Shown in pieces: positions 1-10,936 of a stretch of 64,000 bases of DNA. The DNA is from Bacteroidales bacterium (GTDB lineage Bacteria > Bacteroidota > Bacteroidia > Bacteroidales > GCA-2748055): NCBI GenBank assembly GCA_041393235.1, contig JAWKKO010000013.1:46850-110849 (forward strand), written 5' to 3'. The position numbers were made by a program, and so were the translations under genes. The notes under the pieces are model-generated. The model made no database searches, was not told where the DNA came from, and was given only the letters and a program-made list of their open reading frames with translations. Every line of letters begins with the position of its first letter. Within the stretch, counting starts at the first letter, position 1.

Positions 1-40
1 AATCCGTCCCGTTCGTCCCGTCCGAACACGTGGGGCAGGG

Positions 41-394
41 TCACATCCCCGGGCCGGGCTCCGTCGCGGTTTTGAAGCAAAAGATTTTTTGAAGCAGATG
101 GCTGATGGTCCAGTACAGAAACAGGATGGTTCCCGCGCTGGACAGGGCGGAGACTGCATTCACCATCATGGCCACCTTGTCGGTGCCCGGTGCAAACAAC
201 GAGAAAACCCGGCCGAGGATGAGAAAGAGGGGGGCTCCCGGAGGATGGCCCACCTGCAGCTTGAAGGCGCTGGCAATGAACTCCCCGCAATCCCACAGGC
301 TCACGGTGGGTTCCAGGGTGAGCAAATAGACAATCAGGGCAATGCCAAAACTCAGCCAGCCCATGATCAGGTTTCCTTTTCTGAATGACATCAT
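41..394 (-). pseudogene. DUF2723-family polytopic membrane protein, only about 117 N-terminal codons before a premature stop
   Basis: ORF 41..565(-). From MMSFRKGN (ATG 394) it reads ..LEPTVSLWDCGEFIASAFKLQVGHPPGAPLFLILGRVF.., the N-terminal signature I recognise from Bacteroidota DUF2723 proteins, which are normally several hundred aa longer. The stop at 41-43 follows a T6 run (85-90), so an indel or the window edge may hide the rest. Confidence 0.5.
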
Positions 395-501
395 GGTGTG
401 TGTATTTGTCCACGCGGGACTTCTGCGAATGTAATGCTTTTTGCCCAAGGTCGCCAGAAAACAAAGCGTTTGAAAATCGCATCGGGATTTCAGAAAAACC
501 C

Positions 502-509
502 TATATTTG
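502..509 (+). promoter_or_regulatory. Candidate Bacteroidota -7 promoter box (TATATTTG)
   Basis: Exact match to the TAnnTTTG consensus, 22 nt upstream of ATG 531, in an AT-richer intergenic gap. Confidence 0.4.
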
Positions 510-530
510 TTGTTCATCAAATCCAATGTC

Positions 531-878
531 ATGACTTCTAAAGGAATGAACGATCTGGATATCACCCTCTACACCGACTACCCCGAATTCGAGCACGAGT
601 ACGCCAACATCACCGAACCCAGCACACTTCCGCCTTCCAGCCAAACCCTGGTGGTGGGATTGGACAAACGGAAAATGGACGGTGCCCCCATCACCTACAT
701 CACCGGTTTCGTGGGTCGTCGCATCGATCTGAGGAAGATCGAGGAGGAATTGCAGGGCGTGTGCCACACCTGCGGCTCATCCAAGATGTACGACATCGTC
801 CTGAAAGGGGACGTCCGGAAACGGGCTTTTGTCTATTTGAGGGGCAAAGGATATCAAGTGAAATTTGCGGAAAGCTAA
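531..878 (+). CDS. SUI1/YciH-family translation initiation factor-like protein
   Basis: ORF 507..878, with ATG at 531 (MTSKGMN). The pattern ..LVVGLDKRKMDGAPITYITGF..DLRKIEEELQGVCHTCGS..IVLKGDVRKRAFVYLRGKGYQVKF matches the YciH/SUI1 layout (R..GK.VT.I.G...DL..L...LK..CG.GG...I..QGD.R...L...G..VK). Confidence 0.8.
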   Translation: MTSKGMNDLDITLYTDYPEFEHEYANITEPSTLPPSSQTLVVGLDKRKMDGAPITYITGFVGRRIDLRKIEEELQGVCHTCGSSKMYDIVLKGDVRKRAFVYLRGKGYQVKFAES

Positions 879-885
879 GCGATCC

Positions 886-3759
886 ATGAATTGTTTGCTA
901 TGCAAAGGCAGGATGTTTCTCATCCTGCTTTTGTTTCTTTCCCCCTCTCTGAAGGGGCAGTTCTATGCCTATGGGCAGGACGGGGGAAACCTGAAATGGT
1001 CCCAGTTCCGTACCCCCCATTACCAGGTCATCTTTCCGCGGGAGCTGGACTCTGTCGCGGAAGCCTTTGCACGGCGGCTCGAATACTACTACCCTCACCT
1101 GGGCCAGCCGCTCGACCACGCGCACAGCTTCATGCCGGTGGTCATCCACAACGAATCCAGCTTCTCCAACGGGGTCTTTGTCTGGGCCCCGAAACGACTC
1201 GAAATCTTCACGAATCCGGATCCCAACGGCTACCACCAGGACTGGCTGACCCAGCTGGCCCTGCACGAGGGGCGGCATGCGGTGCAGATCGACAAGCTGA
1301 ACCAGGGGATCACGAAGCGACTCTCGGTTCTGGGCGGTCAGCAGGTGGCCGGGGCCATGGCCGGATTTCTGCCCTACTGGTACCTGGAGGGGGATGCCGT
1401 GGATGCGGAAACCCGGCTGTCTCCGTCGGGACGGGGGCGCCAGCCTTCCTTTGAGATGGGACTCAAGGCGCAGCTGCTGGCCGGGGACGGCCTGTACTCC
1501 TATTCCAAAGCAACCCTGGGCTCTTACAAGGATTACGTCCCCAACCATTACGAGCTGGGATACCTGATGGTTCGTCACGGACGGCGCACCTATGGCGACG
1601 CCTTCTGGACCGACTTCCAGACCTATGCGGCCCGGAAGCCCTACCTGGTGGTCCCCACCCATTTCAGCATGAAACAGTACGGGATCCGTTCGCGAAACCA
1701 GTTTTACCGGGAGGCGTTGGAAAGCTACCGGTCGCACTGGGAAGAAACGGCAAGCCGGCGAACCCTCACCGGGGAGGAGAACTGGACTCCAAAAACAGAG
1801 AAGGAGTTCACCAGCTACACCTTTCCCCACCTGGTGTCGGATTCCCTGGCCCTGGCGTACAAGCGGAGTCTCGGGGGGATTCCCGAACTGGTGTACATCG
1901 GTCGGGACGGTCGGGAAGAGCGGATCCATCGTCCCGGATATCTGAGCTCGGGCCGGATCAGCCAATCGGGTTCGTCGGTGGTCTGGGATGAGTTCGTCCC
2001 CGACGCCCGCTGGAGCAATCGCAACTATTCCGTGCTCAAACTCCTCGACCTGCCCTCGGGCCGTGTCCGGAGCCTGGGACACAAAACCCGGCTCTATTCC
2101 CCGGCCCTGTCCCGGGACGGCACCCGGATTGTGGCAGTGGAGCAGGGTGTGGATCAGAAATTTCATTTGGTGGTCCTGGATCTGGAAGGAAAGGTTCTTT
2201 CCAGGGCGGGTTTTCCCGGCGGGAACTTTCTCCAGCACCCGGCCTGGATGGACGGGGACAGTGCGCTGGTGGTGTTTGTGTCCGGTCCTGCAGGGAAGGA
2301 CCTGTACGCCTGCGAGCCCGGCTCCGGCCGGTGGCGGCCGTTGTTCTCCGCTGGTTTCGACGATGTGTCCTACCCGGTGGTGTCCGGGACCCGGGTGTTC
2401 TTCAACGGTGCCTTCGATGGCATCGACAACATTTACTGCCACGACACGGCCACCGGAAAGACGAGCCAGCTGAGCTCGACCCGTTTCGGTGCTTTCCAGC
2501 CGGCGGTTTCACCCGACGGGCAGACCCTGGCTTTCGCCCGGTACGGTCCCCGGGGATTCGACCTTGTCAGCCTGCCTCTGGCCGACGCCCGCGACCACCG
2601 GGAGCAGGTGGATTATGCCTCCACTCCCGAAGAGCAACGGGTCTTTGAGCATGCGCCCGATATGGATCCGGGGAGCGATACTCTGGATCTTGACATCCGG
2701 CCCTACCGGAAGATCCCCAACCTGGTACACGTGCATTCCTGGCTGCCGCTCTATTTTGACTACCTCAATCCGGACCTGAGTCTCACGGCCGGTCACCTTC
2801 CGGTGGATCCCGGTGTTTCCCTGGTGAGCCAGAACCTGCTCTCCACCGCGATCAGTCAGGCTGGCTATGCTTACCGGGGGGGCTACCACACCGTCCATTC
2901 GGGAATCCAGTTCAGGGGCCGCTATCCGGTCACCAACCTGTACGTCGATGTTGGCGGAGAACCCAATGTGCTGCTTCTGGCCGAAGGGGATTCGACCGTG
3001 TCTTCGCCGGCCAACCTTCGGTTCACCGGCCAGGTTTATGTGCCCCTGCGATTGAATACCGGGAAATATCTCAGCCTGGTTCAGCCGCGGATCGATTACA
3101 CCTTCCGGCGCGATGTGCAATACGATGAAGCCACGGATGGCTACCGGGTCGGGGGCCATTATCTGCACTATTCCCTGGTGGCCACCTCCTACCTTCGCAT
3201 GGGCAGCCGGGACCTGCTGCCGCGTCTCGGGATCACCGCCAACGCGGGGTACTACCATGCCCCCGGATCCCTCGTGTACGGGTCCGTGACCTATGCCACC
3301 ACCTCCGTGTATCTTCCGGGTCTGTTGAAACACCACAGCCTGAAGCTGAGCCACCGCATCCAGACTCAGTCGGTGCCCGACATGACCCGGCCGGCCTTTC
3401 TGAACCTGATTGCCCAGCCCAGGGGCCGGACCGGCCTGTTTGCCGCAGAGCTCCGGGGTGTTTCCGCCGATTATGTGTTTCCGGTGTTCTGTCCCGACTG
3501 GGAATTGGGTCCCCTTTTGTACATCAAGAGGCTGCGCGCCGGGGTGTGGGCCGAACGGATGGCGGGACAGAACGTGGTCATCCGCGAACCCCATCCCCAC
3601 TACGAGGACAGGACCTACCGGAGCGTCGGCTTCGACCTGAACCTGGATTTTCACCTCCTCCGCATCAGCTTCCCCATCAGCTCGGGGGCCCGCTTCATCT
3701 ATCTGCCCGACGAGGACACCTGGCGCGTGGAGTGGCTCTATTCCATCGACATCTCCTAG
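886..3759 (+). CDS. Large secreted protein: HExxH metalloprotease-like N-terminal domain plus TolB/PD40-type beta-propeller repeats plus beta-rich C-terminal region
   Basis: ORF 865..3759. The first ATG after the upstream stop is 886, and the start is signal-like (MFLILLLFLSPSLKGQ). HExxH motif in LALHEGRHAVQ. PD40-like strands YSPALSRDGTRIVAV and FQPAVSPDGQTLAFARYG. 2.9 kb uninterrupted. Confidence 0.65.
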   Translation: MNCLLCKGRMFLILLLFLSPSLKGQFYAYGQDGGNLKWSQFRTPHYQVIFPRELDSVAEAFARRLEYYYPHLGQPLDHAHSFMPVVIHNESSFSNGVFVWAPKRLEIFTNPDPNGYHQDWLTQLALHEGRHAVQIDKLNQGITKRLSVLGGQQVAGAMAGFLPYWYLEGDAVDAETRLSPSGRGRQPSFEMGLKAQLLAGDGLYSYSKATLGSYKDYVPNHYELGYLMVRHGRRTYGDAFWTDFQTYAARKPYLVVPTHFSMKQYGIRSRNQFYREALESYRSHWEETASRRTLTGEENWTPKTEKEFTSYTFPHLVSDSLALAYKRSLGGIPELVYIGRDGREERIHRPGYLSSGRISQSGSSVVWDEFVPDARWSNRNYSVLKLLDLPSGRVRSLGHKTRLYSPALSRDGTRIVAVEQGVDQKFHLVVLDLEGKVLSRAGFPGGNFLQHPAWMDGDSALVVFVSGPAGKDLYACEPGSGRWRPLFSAGFDDVSYPVVSGTRVFFNGAFDGIDNIYCHDTATGKTSQLSSTRFGAFQPAVSPDGQTLAFARYGPRGFDLVSLPLADARDHREQVDYASTPEEQRVFEHAPDMDPGSDTLDLDIRPYRKIPNLVHVHSWLPLYFDYLNPDLSLTAGHLPVDPGVSLVSQNLLSTAISQAGYAYRGGYHTVHSGIQFRGRYPVTNLYVDVGGEPNVLLLAEGDSTVSSPANLRFTGQVYVPLRLNTGKYLSLVQPRIDYTFRRDVQYDEATDGYRVGGHYLHYSLVATSYLRMGSRDLLPRLGITANAGYYHAPGSLVYGSVTYATTSVYLPGLLKHHSLKLSHRIQTQSVPDMTRPAFLNLIAQPRGRTGLFAAELRGVSADYVFPVFCPDWELGPLLYIKRLRAGVWAERMAGQNVVIREPHPHYEDRTYRSVGFDLNLDFHLLRISFPISSGARFIYLPDEDTWRVEWLYSIDIS

Positions 3760-3770
3760 CCCCGCCCCCC

Positions 3771-3805
3771 TTTACAAACTTTACAACTTTACAAACTTTA
3801 CAAAC
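3771..3805. repeat. Tandem 9-mer repeat TTTACAAAC x4 (second unit 8 nt)
   Basis: Read directly: tttacaaac tttacaac tttacaaac tttacaaac. It fills most of the 50-bp spacer between convergent stops at 3759 and 3810. There is no G on the plus strand, so it cannot fold into a hairpin. Confidence 0.95.
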
Positions 3806-3809
3806 TCTT

Positions 3810-4386
3810 TCATTCCGCTTTGAATTCTTTTTGGATGGTGAAATACCCCGGATACACCAAACTCTGACTCCCCACCATGACCGTCGGCTTGATTTTCATG
3901 CTCAGGCGGGTGGGCTGGTTGCCGGCATCCACCAGGTTGAGGGCGAAATTGAGCATGGTGCGGGGGTTGTCTCCCTCGAGGTATTCGAAGAGATCGGTGG
4001 AAAGGCGGATGGGCATCAGGGCTTTGCCGCCGGGCGATACCTCGACCCGGTCGGTGAGGGCGCCGGTGGCCACCTGCACGTCGTCGATGAAGGCGATCCA
4101 GTCGATGCGGTTGACGGCCGCAAGGGTGACGCCGGGGTTGTACACCTCCACATTGGCGGTGATTTCGAAGGGCAGACGGCCCTGGGCAAGGTTGGAGGCT
4201 GGCCTGGCCGTCGAGGAGGCGGAAATCGCTGAAGGAGCTTTTCTGGCTCACATCGATCCCGCAGACCCGGGGTTGCTCGGCGGAGTGGAAGCTGAATTCG
4301 CATTTGGTGAATGCGGTCAATTCACTGAGGATGGCGCATCCCGGTACCAGCAGGACCAGAATTGCCAGGGCGATTGCTTTTCTCAT
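3810..4386 (-). pseudogene. LEA_2/WHy-like lipoprotein, one frameshift as sequenced
   Basis: It starts MRKAIALAILVLLVPGC (lipobox) at 4386, in the frame of ORF 3781..5277. After a 1-nt frame change near 4200 (..FRLLDGQA | ASNLAQGRLPFEITANVEVYNPGV..) it continues in ORF 3810..4151. The 577-nt span is not a multiple of 3. Confidence 0.6.
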
Positions 4387-4426
4387 ACGATAAAAATATG
4401 CAATTTCCATATTCGTTGGAACATCG

Positions 4427-4434
4427 TATTTTTG
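4427..4434 (+). promoter_or_regulatory. Candidate -7 promoter box (TATTTTTG)
   Basis: Exact TAnnTTTG match just upstream of ORF 4441..5208. This implies the real start codon is one of the downstream in-frame GTG/TTG codons (4474, 4486, 4501). Confidence 0.35.
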
Positions 4435-4440
4435 TAATCC

Positions 4441-5208
4441 GTGGAAGAATGGTATGCATCCGGTCCGAAAGGGGTGGGTCCGTGGTTGAAAGAGCACCAT
4501 GTGGGCCTCCTGTACACGATCATCATCCATCTGGTGGTGGCCATCGTGCTGGTGTTTGCGGAAGTGAAACAGCTTCAGGACCGCAGCGAGCTGGGCATCG
4601 AACTGGAGTTTGAGGAAAAGACGGTGGAAGAGCGCGTGGAGGAGGAGACCGTGGACGTGCCGGCCGATTGGCTGGAGCAGGTCCTCGCCCGGCGGGAGAT
4701 GGCCAGCAACCGGGCGGTGAACCGGAATGCCGAGGAGAAACTGCAGGAGGAAATTTCCACCCGGGAGTATGTCAACGACCTGCTCGGTCAGATTGAGGAT
4801 GCCCGGAACGACGCGGACCGGGAACGGCTCGAGGAGCTGCAGGCCATCCTGGCGGCCGCGGACTACGTGCCCCCGCCACCCGAAGATCAGGAAGAGGAAG
4901 AATCCACCTTCAGCGGTCCCACCACCATCACCTATGAATTCCTGGAGGCTCCCAAGCAGCGGGGGAAATCCCAGCTGACCATCCCCGTGTACCGGTGCCA
5001 GGGCTCCGGCATGGTCCGGGTCGAGATCCGGGTGGGTCGCGACGGGTTTGTCCGGGATGCCAAGGTGCTGGAGCCCATCGAAGGAATGGACCGGAATTGT
5101 TTCGCCCAGGCCGCCATGGAAGCGGCCCTCTCGTCCCGGTTCCGGGTCGACATGCAGGCCCCGGAAAACCACCGGGCGCTTCTCACCTACACCTTTGTGG
5201 CTCAGTAG
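4441..5208 (+). CDS. TonB C-terminal-domain protein (membrane anchored, Glu/Pro-rich linker)
   Basis: ORF 4441..5208. Contains a TM segment LLYTIIIHLVVAIVLVF, an acidic linker with PPPPEDQEEEE, and a C-terminal ..GMVRVEIRVGRDGFVRDAKVLEP..CFAQAAMEAALSSRFRV typical of TonB_C. The start codon is uncertain. Confidence 0.65.
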   Translation: MEEWYASGPKGVGPWLKEHHVGLLYTIIIHLVVAIVLVFAEVKQLQDRSELGIELEFEEKTVEERVEEETVDVPADWLEQVLARREMASNRAVNRNAEEKLQEEISTREYVNDLLGQIEDARNDADRERLEELQAILAAADYVPPPPEDQEEEESTFSGPTTITYEFLEAPKQRGKSQLTIPVYRCQGSGMVRVEIRVGRDGFVRDAKVLEPIEGMDRNCFAQAAMEAALSSRFRVDMQAPENHRALLTYTFVAQ

Positions 5209-6224
5209 GGACCCAGGCGTTGAAACAGGTCCCTTGCCGCCGACGCGATGGATTCGGGGTCCTGGCGGCGCATGCAATCAAAGTGCCCTTTGGGACATTT
5301 TTGGTGACCGATCTTTGAACAGGGCCGGCAGGAGAGTCCGGGCACCTCGAAGATCGCGGAGTCGGGATGGGCCCGGTAGGGGGTCATCCCGAAGGCCGGC
5401 ACCGTGTTTCCCCACAGGGACAGGATGGGTTTACCGAAGGCGGCCCCCACGTGCATGAGCCCCGTGTCGTGGGTGATGAGCACGCGGCATTGCTCCACCA
5501 GGGAAGCCGATTGATGGATGGTGCAGGAACCGCAGGCGTTCAGGAGGGGGGCTTCGGGCCGGCGCGGATCCAGGGCCTCCGCCTGCCGGATCAGCTCCTC
5601 CCCGGCCGTCCGGTCTTCGGGTCCCCCGAGAACCACCACGGGATGGGGCAACCGGCTCACCAAAGCGGCCAGCATGTCCACGGGCATTTTCTTGGTTTCG
5701 TGCTGGGCGCCGATGGCCAGACCCACGTACCCGCCGGAGAAGGCGGGGGGAAGCGTGGCCAGGTCGACCCGTTCCTCCCGGGGCAGGAAGTAATCCAGGC
5801 CCTTTTCGTCGCGAAACTCCAGGAAGGGGGCGACGGTGTCCAGGTTCCGGTCCACCATGTGCCGGTCGGGCAGGCGGTTGCGCTTCAGGTTCACCAGCAT
5901 CCACTTCCGGAAATTCAACTTGTCCACGGAGAAGTCCATTCGTTTCAACCGCCGCTTGACCCGGGCCGATCGAAGGTTGTGGTGGAGGTCGATGATGTAA
6001 TCGAATTCCACCTGCCGCAGCTCCTTCAGAACCGCCCCCAGGTCATCCTCCAGCACGTGGACCGCATCGATGTGGGGGTTCGACCGGAGAAGGGGGGCGT
6101 AGGCCTTTTTTGTCAGGTAATGGATGCGTGCCCCTTCCACCTGTTCCTTCAGGTGACGGACCACGGGGGTGGTGAGGACGATGTCTCCGATGGAGCTGAA
6201 TCGAATGACCAGGAACCGGACCAT
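5202..6224 (-). CDS. Glycosyltransferase family 9 (LPS heptosyltransferase-like)
   Basis: ORF 5202..6224. MVRFLVIRFSSIGDIVLTTPVVRHLK.. is the classic GT9 N-terminus, and the C-terminal ..ITHDTGLMHVGAAFGKPILSLWG is the GT9 motif. Confidence 0.85.
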   Translation of the reverse strand: MVRFLVIRFSSIGDIVLTTPVVRHLKEQVEGARIHYLTKKAYAPLLRSNPHIDAVHVLEDDLGAVLKELRQVEFDYIIDLHHNLRSARVKRRLKRMDFSVDKLNFRKWMLVNLKRNRLPDRHMVDRNLDTVAPFLEFRDEKGLDYFLPREERVDLATLPPAFSGGYVGLAIGAQHETKKMPVDMLAALVSRLPHPVVVLGGPEDRTAGEELIRQAEALDPRRPEAPLLNACGSCTIHQSASLVEQCRVLITHDTGLMHVGAAFGKPILSLWGNTVPAFGMTPYRAHPDSAIFEVPGLSCRPCSKIGHQKCPKGHFDCMRRQDPESIASAARDLFQRLGPY

Positions 6225-6953
6225 CTACACCAGTTCCTTGAAAAACAGCAGCAGGGCGAGCCAGTATTCCGAGCTGTTCCCGGTGGCGTCGGCCAGGGCG
6301 TGGCTTCCGCGGTCCCCTTCCCCCAGCTGGGGTTCGAAGAGGGTCATGTACTGCCGTTCCACCCCGGAGGCCAGGGTTTCCACGTACCCGAACTCGGACC
6401 GGCTCGAGGTCACGAAGGCGGGTTTTTTCAATCCGGCGATGGTTTCCTGGATGCTGAGGCCGGGCAGAAAGTATTCCCCCGGACTCAGGGCCACCACGGC
6501 CCGGACGTTCTCGTTCTCCAGGGCCATTTTCAGGCTCAGGGATCCGTTGGCGCTGCTTCCGAACAGGACCACCGGCAGGTGGGTCTGACCGAGGGCATAG
6601 TCGATGGCCGCCTTCATGTCGGACTGGATCCGTTCGGTGGTGATGAGGCACTCGGCGGCCCGGCAGCGCTTTGCGGTTTCGTTGGACACGAAATTCTGTC
6701 CGCCCCCGTTCCGGAGATCCACGGCCAGACAGTTGTAGTCCATCTTGCACAACCTGCGGGCAATGAGGTCGAATTCGCCCCGGCTCGATTCCTGTTCGTG
6801 GAACAGGACAATGTATGGAAGATCGGCCGCGATGATGTATTCATCGGCCGTGATCTGAAGGCCGTCCTCCGAAGTGAAGGTGACCGTTCTCTTCCGGATC
6901 ACATTGAAGGAGCTCGAAACGAGGATGACAAAAAATAAACTTGCGGCAATCAA
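6225..6953 (-). CDS. Alpha/beta-hydrolase-fold protein (dienelactone-hydrolase-like), membrane anchored
   Basis: ORF 6225..7127 overlaps atpC at its 5' end. The first plausible start after the atpC stop is TTG 6953 (IAASLFFVILVSSSF anchor). Its stop abuts the GT9 start codon. The family call is from general pattern only. Confidence 0.45.
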   Translation of the reverse strand: MIAASLFFVILVSSSFNVIRKRTVTFTSEDGLQITADEYIIAADLPYIVLFHEQESSRGEFDLIARRLCKMDYNCLAVDLRNGGGQNFVSNETAKRCRAAECLITTERIQSDMKAAIDYALGQTHLPVVLFGSSANGSLSLKMALENENVRAVVALSPGEYFLPGLSIQETIAGLKKPAFVTSSRSEFGYVETLASGVERQYMTLFEPQLGEGDRGSHALADATGNSSEYWLALLLFFKELV

Positions 6954-6981
6954 AATCTGCGTTGGAATGCTCCTTCCTGTG

Positions 6982-7230
6982 CTATTTCTTCGCCGTTTCT
7001 GCAAGTACGATGATTTTGTTGTTCTTGGCCTCGATGACGCCTCCTCCCACTTCAAAATACAGGGCTGCACCTTTCTGGTCGACGACTTTGATGCGGCCTG
7101 CTTCGAGCGTGGAGATGATCGGGGCATGGTTTTTTAGGATCTCGAACGAACCCCTGGAGCCGGGGACCTGAATCAGGTCCACGTCTCCCGAGTACATTTT
7201 TTGATCCGGTGCTATGATCTCCAGCAACAT
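6982..7230 (-). CDS. atpC: F0F1 ATP synthase epsilon subunit
   Basis: ORF 6982..7230. MLLEIIAPDQKMYSGDVDLIQVPGSRGSFEILKNHAPIISTLEAGRIKV.. is an AtpC N-terminal beta-sandwich. It lies 9 nt downstream of the atpD stop. Confidence 0.9.
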   Translation of the reverse strand: MLLEIIAPDQKMYSGDVDLIQVPGSRGSFEILKNHAPIISTLEAGRIKVVDQKGAALYFEVGGGVIEAKNNKIIVLAETAKK

Positions 7231-7239
7231 AATTTTTCC

Positions 7240-8719
<1,480 letters not shown>

Positions 8720-8766
8720 TGGAAAGATATTTGTTGCGCTTTTATTAGGAATGATTTCAAGTAGGA

Positions 8767-8774
8767 CAAATTTA
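8767..8774 (-). promoter_or_regulatory. Candidate -7 promoter box for atpDC (TAAATTTG on the minus strand)
   Basis: The reverse complement of caaattta is an exact TAnnTTTG match, 48 nt upstream of atpD ATG 8719. Confidence 0.4.
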
Positions 8775-9024
8775 GCACTTTTTTGGTGCCAACCTCGGGA
8801 TGGGTCTGAAAAAGTCCGAACTCACAGGCCTTCCATAATATGTACGTAAAAGCCGAGGGGTCGGGCCAAGGGTTTTGGCATTCCATGCTGACGAAGGAGA
8901 AAAATGAAACCGTCTGCCCCCCTTTTTCGTACAAAAGAACCCAGTCTGCGGGCACCGGGTTTCCAGGCTTTTGTATTTTTAGGCCCTGGATGCCGGCTCC
9001 GCCGGTTGTGAAAAGAAATCGGAT

Positions 9025-9539
9025 TTGAAGATCAAAGCATTGTTTCTCATGCTCCTGCTGGGTGCAGCGGGGTTGCGGACCGCCGGGGGTCAGTCGCGGA
9101 TGTCGGCCAGAATTGAGTTTCGCGTCGGGACTGCAATTCAATGCGAGAGCACCGGGAGCCGGGATTCGGCGTCAAGACCTGGATCGGACTCGACAAACGG
9201 GGAGCCCTTCAGCTGGTTCCCTCCCTCACGGCGTTCAACCGGTTTCATTTCGAAAACGGGATCTATTCCCTGACCAACTACATGTTCATGGCCGATCTGA
9301 ACCTCCAGTATGCCATTTTTGAGGAAGGAACGGTGCGGGCGGTGGTTTTCGGAGGGGGGAATTTCACCTACCTCACCTGTCGATTTCGAGAAAGTTTCAG
9401 GCCTGAATCCCACCATCGAAGATGCCCCGATTACGCCCCGGGAGGAAACCTGGGGGCCAGGCTGGAGCTGCGCATGTCGTCCCACTGGGACTTCAACGTG
9501 TCGGGGCGGTACATCCGTACTCCCTACAACCGGTTGTGA
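9025..9539 (+). pseudogene. Small outer-membrane beta-barrel protein, frameshifted as sequenced
   Basis: A signal peptide MKIKALFLMLLLGAAG (TTG 9025, ORF 9025..9273) joins, after a frame change around 9117-9140, ORF 9141..9539. That ORF has alternating beta-strand patterns (GVKTWIGLD, MADLNLQY, AVVFGGGNFTYL, GGNLGARLELRMSSHWDFNVSGRYI). Confidence 0.6.
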
Positions 9540-9726
9540 TCGGCGTGGATGCGGTGTACTAACTTCTACAGCCGGCGACGCAGTTTCCGGCGATGATGAA
9601 AAACAGGGGGCGATGTTTTTCTTATCTTTAATCGGACAATTTGGACAGATAACGAATAAATCGAACCAAGACGTTTTCGCATTAACCTTTTTGTCGTATG
9701 GCCAGTTTAAGCTTCCTGCTGGGGAT

Positions 9727-10936
9727 ATGATTCCCGGCACCGAAAAAGTGGAATCCGCAGACGATCAGATCCGAGCCGACTTTGCTGCCTACCAGGAATT
9801 CGAAGGATCGGAGGAGTTGAAGCACTACCTGGATCTGGAAAAGGAGGTGACATCCAGTGAATTTGCCCTTCGGAAAAAGAAAATCCTCAAGGCCAAATAC
9901 AAAACCTCCGAGGCCGCGCGGAAGGAAGCCCGGTACAACGCCCTGCAAAAGCGGGCAAAAGGGGAGCCGTCGGAGGAGCTGAAGAACCTGGAAACCTATG
10001 TGCAGTCGGAAGAATTCGAAAAGGAGAAGCGGTTTCTGACCATGAAGCCGAAGGAGCGGTACGAGACCACCGACGAATACCAGAAGGAAGACGAGTACCA
10101 GACGCTGAAGAAATCGGAAAAAGTGGTCTGGTACTTCAAGACCAAGAAAAAATATCCGTTCAAGGAGCTGGAAAAATGGGAGCAGACCTTCGGGGATGAA
10201 TTCGACAGCTCCGCCCTGGACACCGGCAAATGGATGACCCGGTATTTCTGGGGCGACAAGGGCATGAACGCGTCCTTTGTCCTGGAGGACGACCGCAGTT
10301 TTCTCACCGACGGCGCCAACATCGAATTCTACGACAACAAGGTCCGCCTCGTCACCAAGGCCGAAAAGACCGAAGGGCTCATGTGGCGCTCGCACCAGGG
10401 GTTTGTCCTGGAGCAGTTCGACTACACCTCGGGCATGATGAGCACGGCCCGGAGCTTCCGGCAGAAGTACGGCATTTTCAAGGCAAAGGTGAAGATGTCG
10501 GGCAATGGCGTGGCCCAGTCGTTCTGGATGGTTTCCGATTCCACATGGTACTTATATCGACGTGGCCCACCACGCGTGGAGGAGGGAAAACTCTATGCCA
10601 ATTACTTCTGAAATGGTTTCCGGACCGAGCAAGTCACCAAAACCAGGCCTCCCGGTATGCCGATGCCTACTTCATTTACACCTGGAATGGTCGCCGGGCA
10701 AGCTGGTCTGGAAGATCAACGACAAGGTGTTCAAGACCCAGACTGCCGGCGTTCCCGACGAAGAGATGTACATCAACTTTTCCGCCAACCTGAAGGAAGG
10801 GCGCAGCCTCGGGCTTCCCTCCGCCATGGAGGTGGATTGGATCCGGGTGTACAAGCCGGTGCTCAAATGGCTTCCCTCCGGACGGGTTCAATGCCCCGCG
10901 GCTTCTTGCGTCTTTGCGGGATTCCGAGGCCCGTAG
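9727..10936 (+). pseudogene. Glycoside hydrolase family 16-like protein with Lys/Glu-rich N-terminal region, frameshifted as sequenced
   Basis: ORF 9310..10611 (in-frame ATG 9727) carries ..FDYTSGMMSTARSFRQKYGIFKAKVKMSGNGVAQSFWMVSD. The rest (GTYIDVAH.., LHLEWSPGKLVWKINDKVFKTQTAGVPDEEMYINFSANL, AMEVDWIRVYK) lies in ORF 10505..10936. Frame changes fall at about 10540-10680, and the 3' end is uncertain. Confidence 0.65.

Noticed and set aside
3771-3805. Whether the 9-mer tandem array could be a CRISPR or other spacer-containing array.
   Set aside because: The units are contiguous with no spacers and only 9 nt long, and no cas genes are present. It is a simple microsatellite-like repeat.
3781-5277. 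A 498-aa minus-strand ORF.
   Set aside because: It is a composite. Only its segment from 4386 down to about 4200 is genuine coding sequence (the lipoprotein N-terminus, MRKAIALAILVLLVPGC..). Its N-terminal part (5277 down to 4387) is antisense to the TonB-like gene, and downstream of the frameshift near 4200 it is out of frame.
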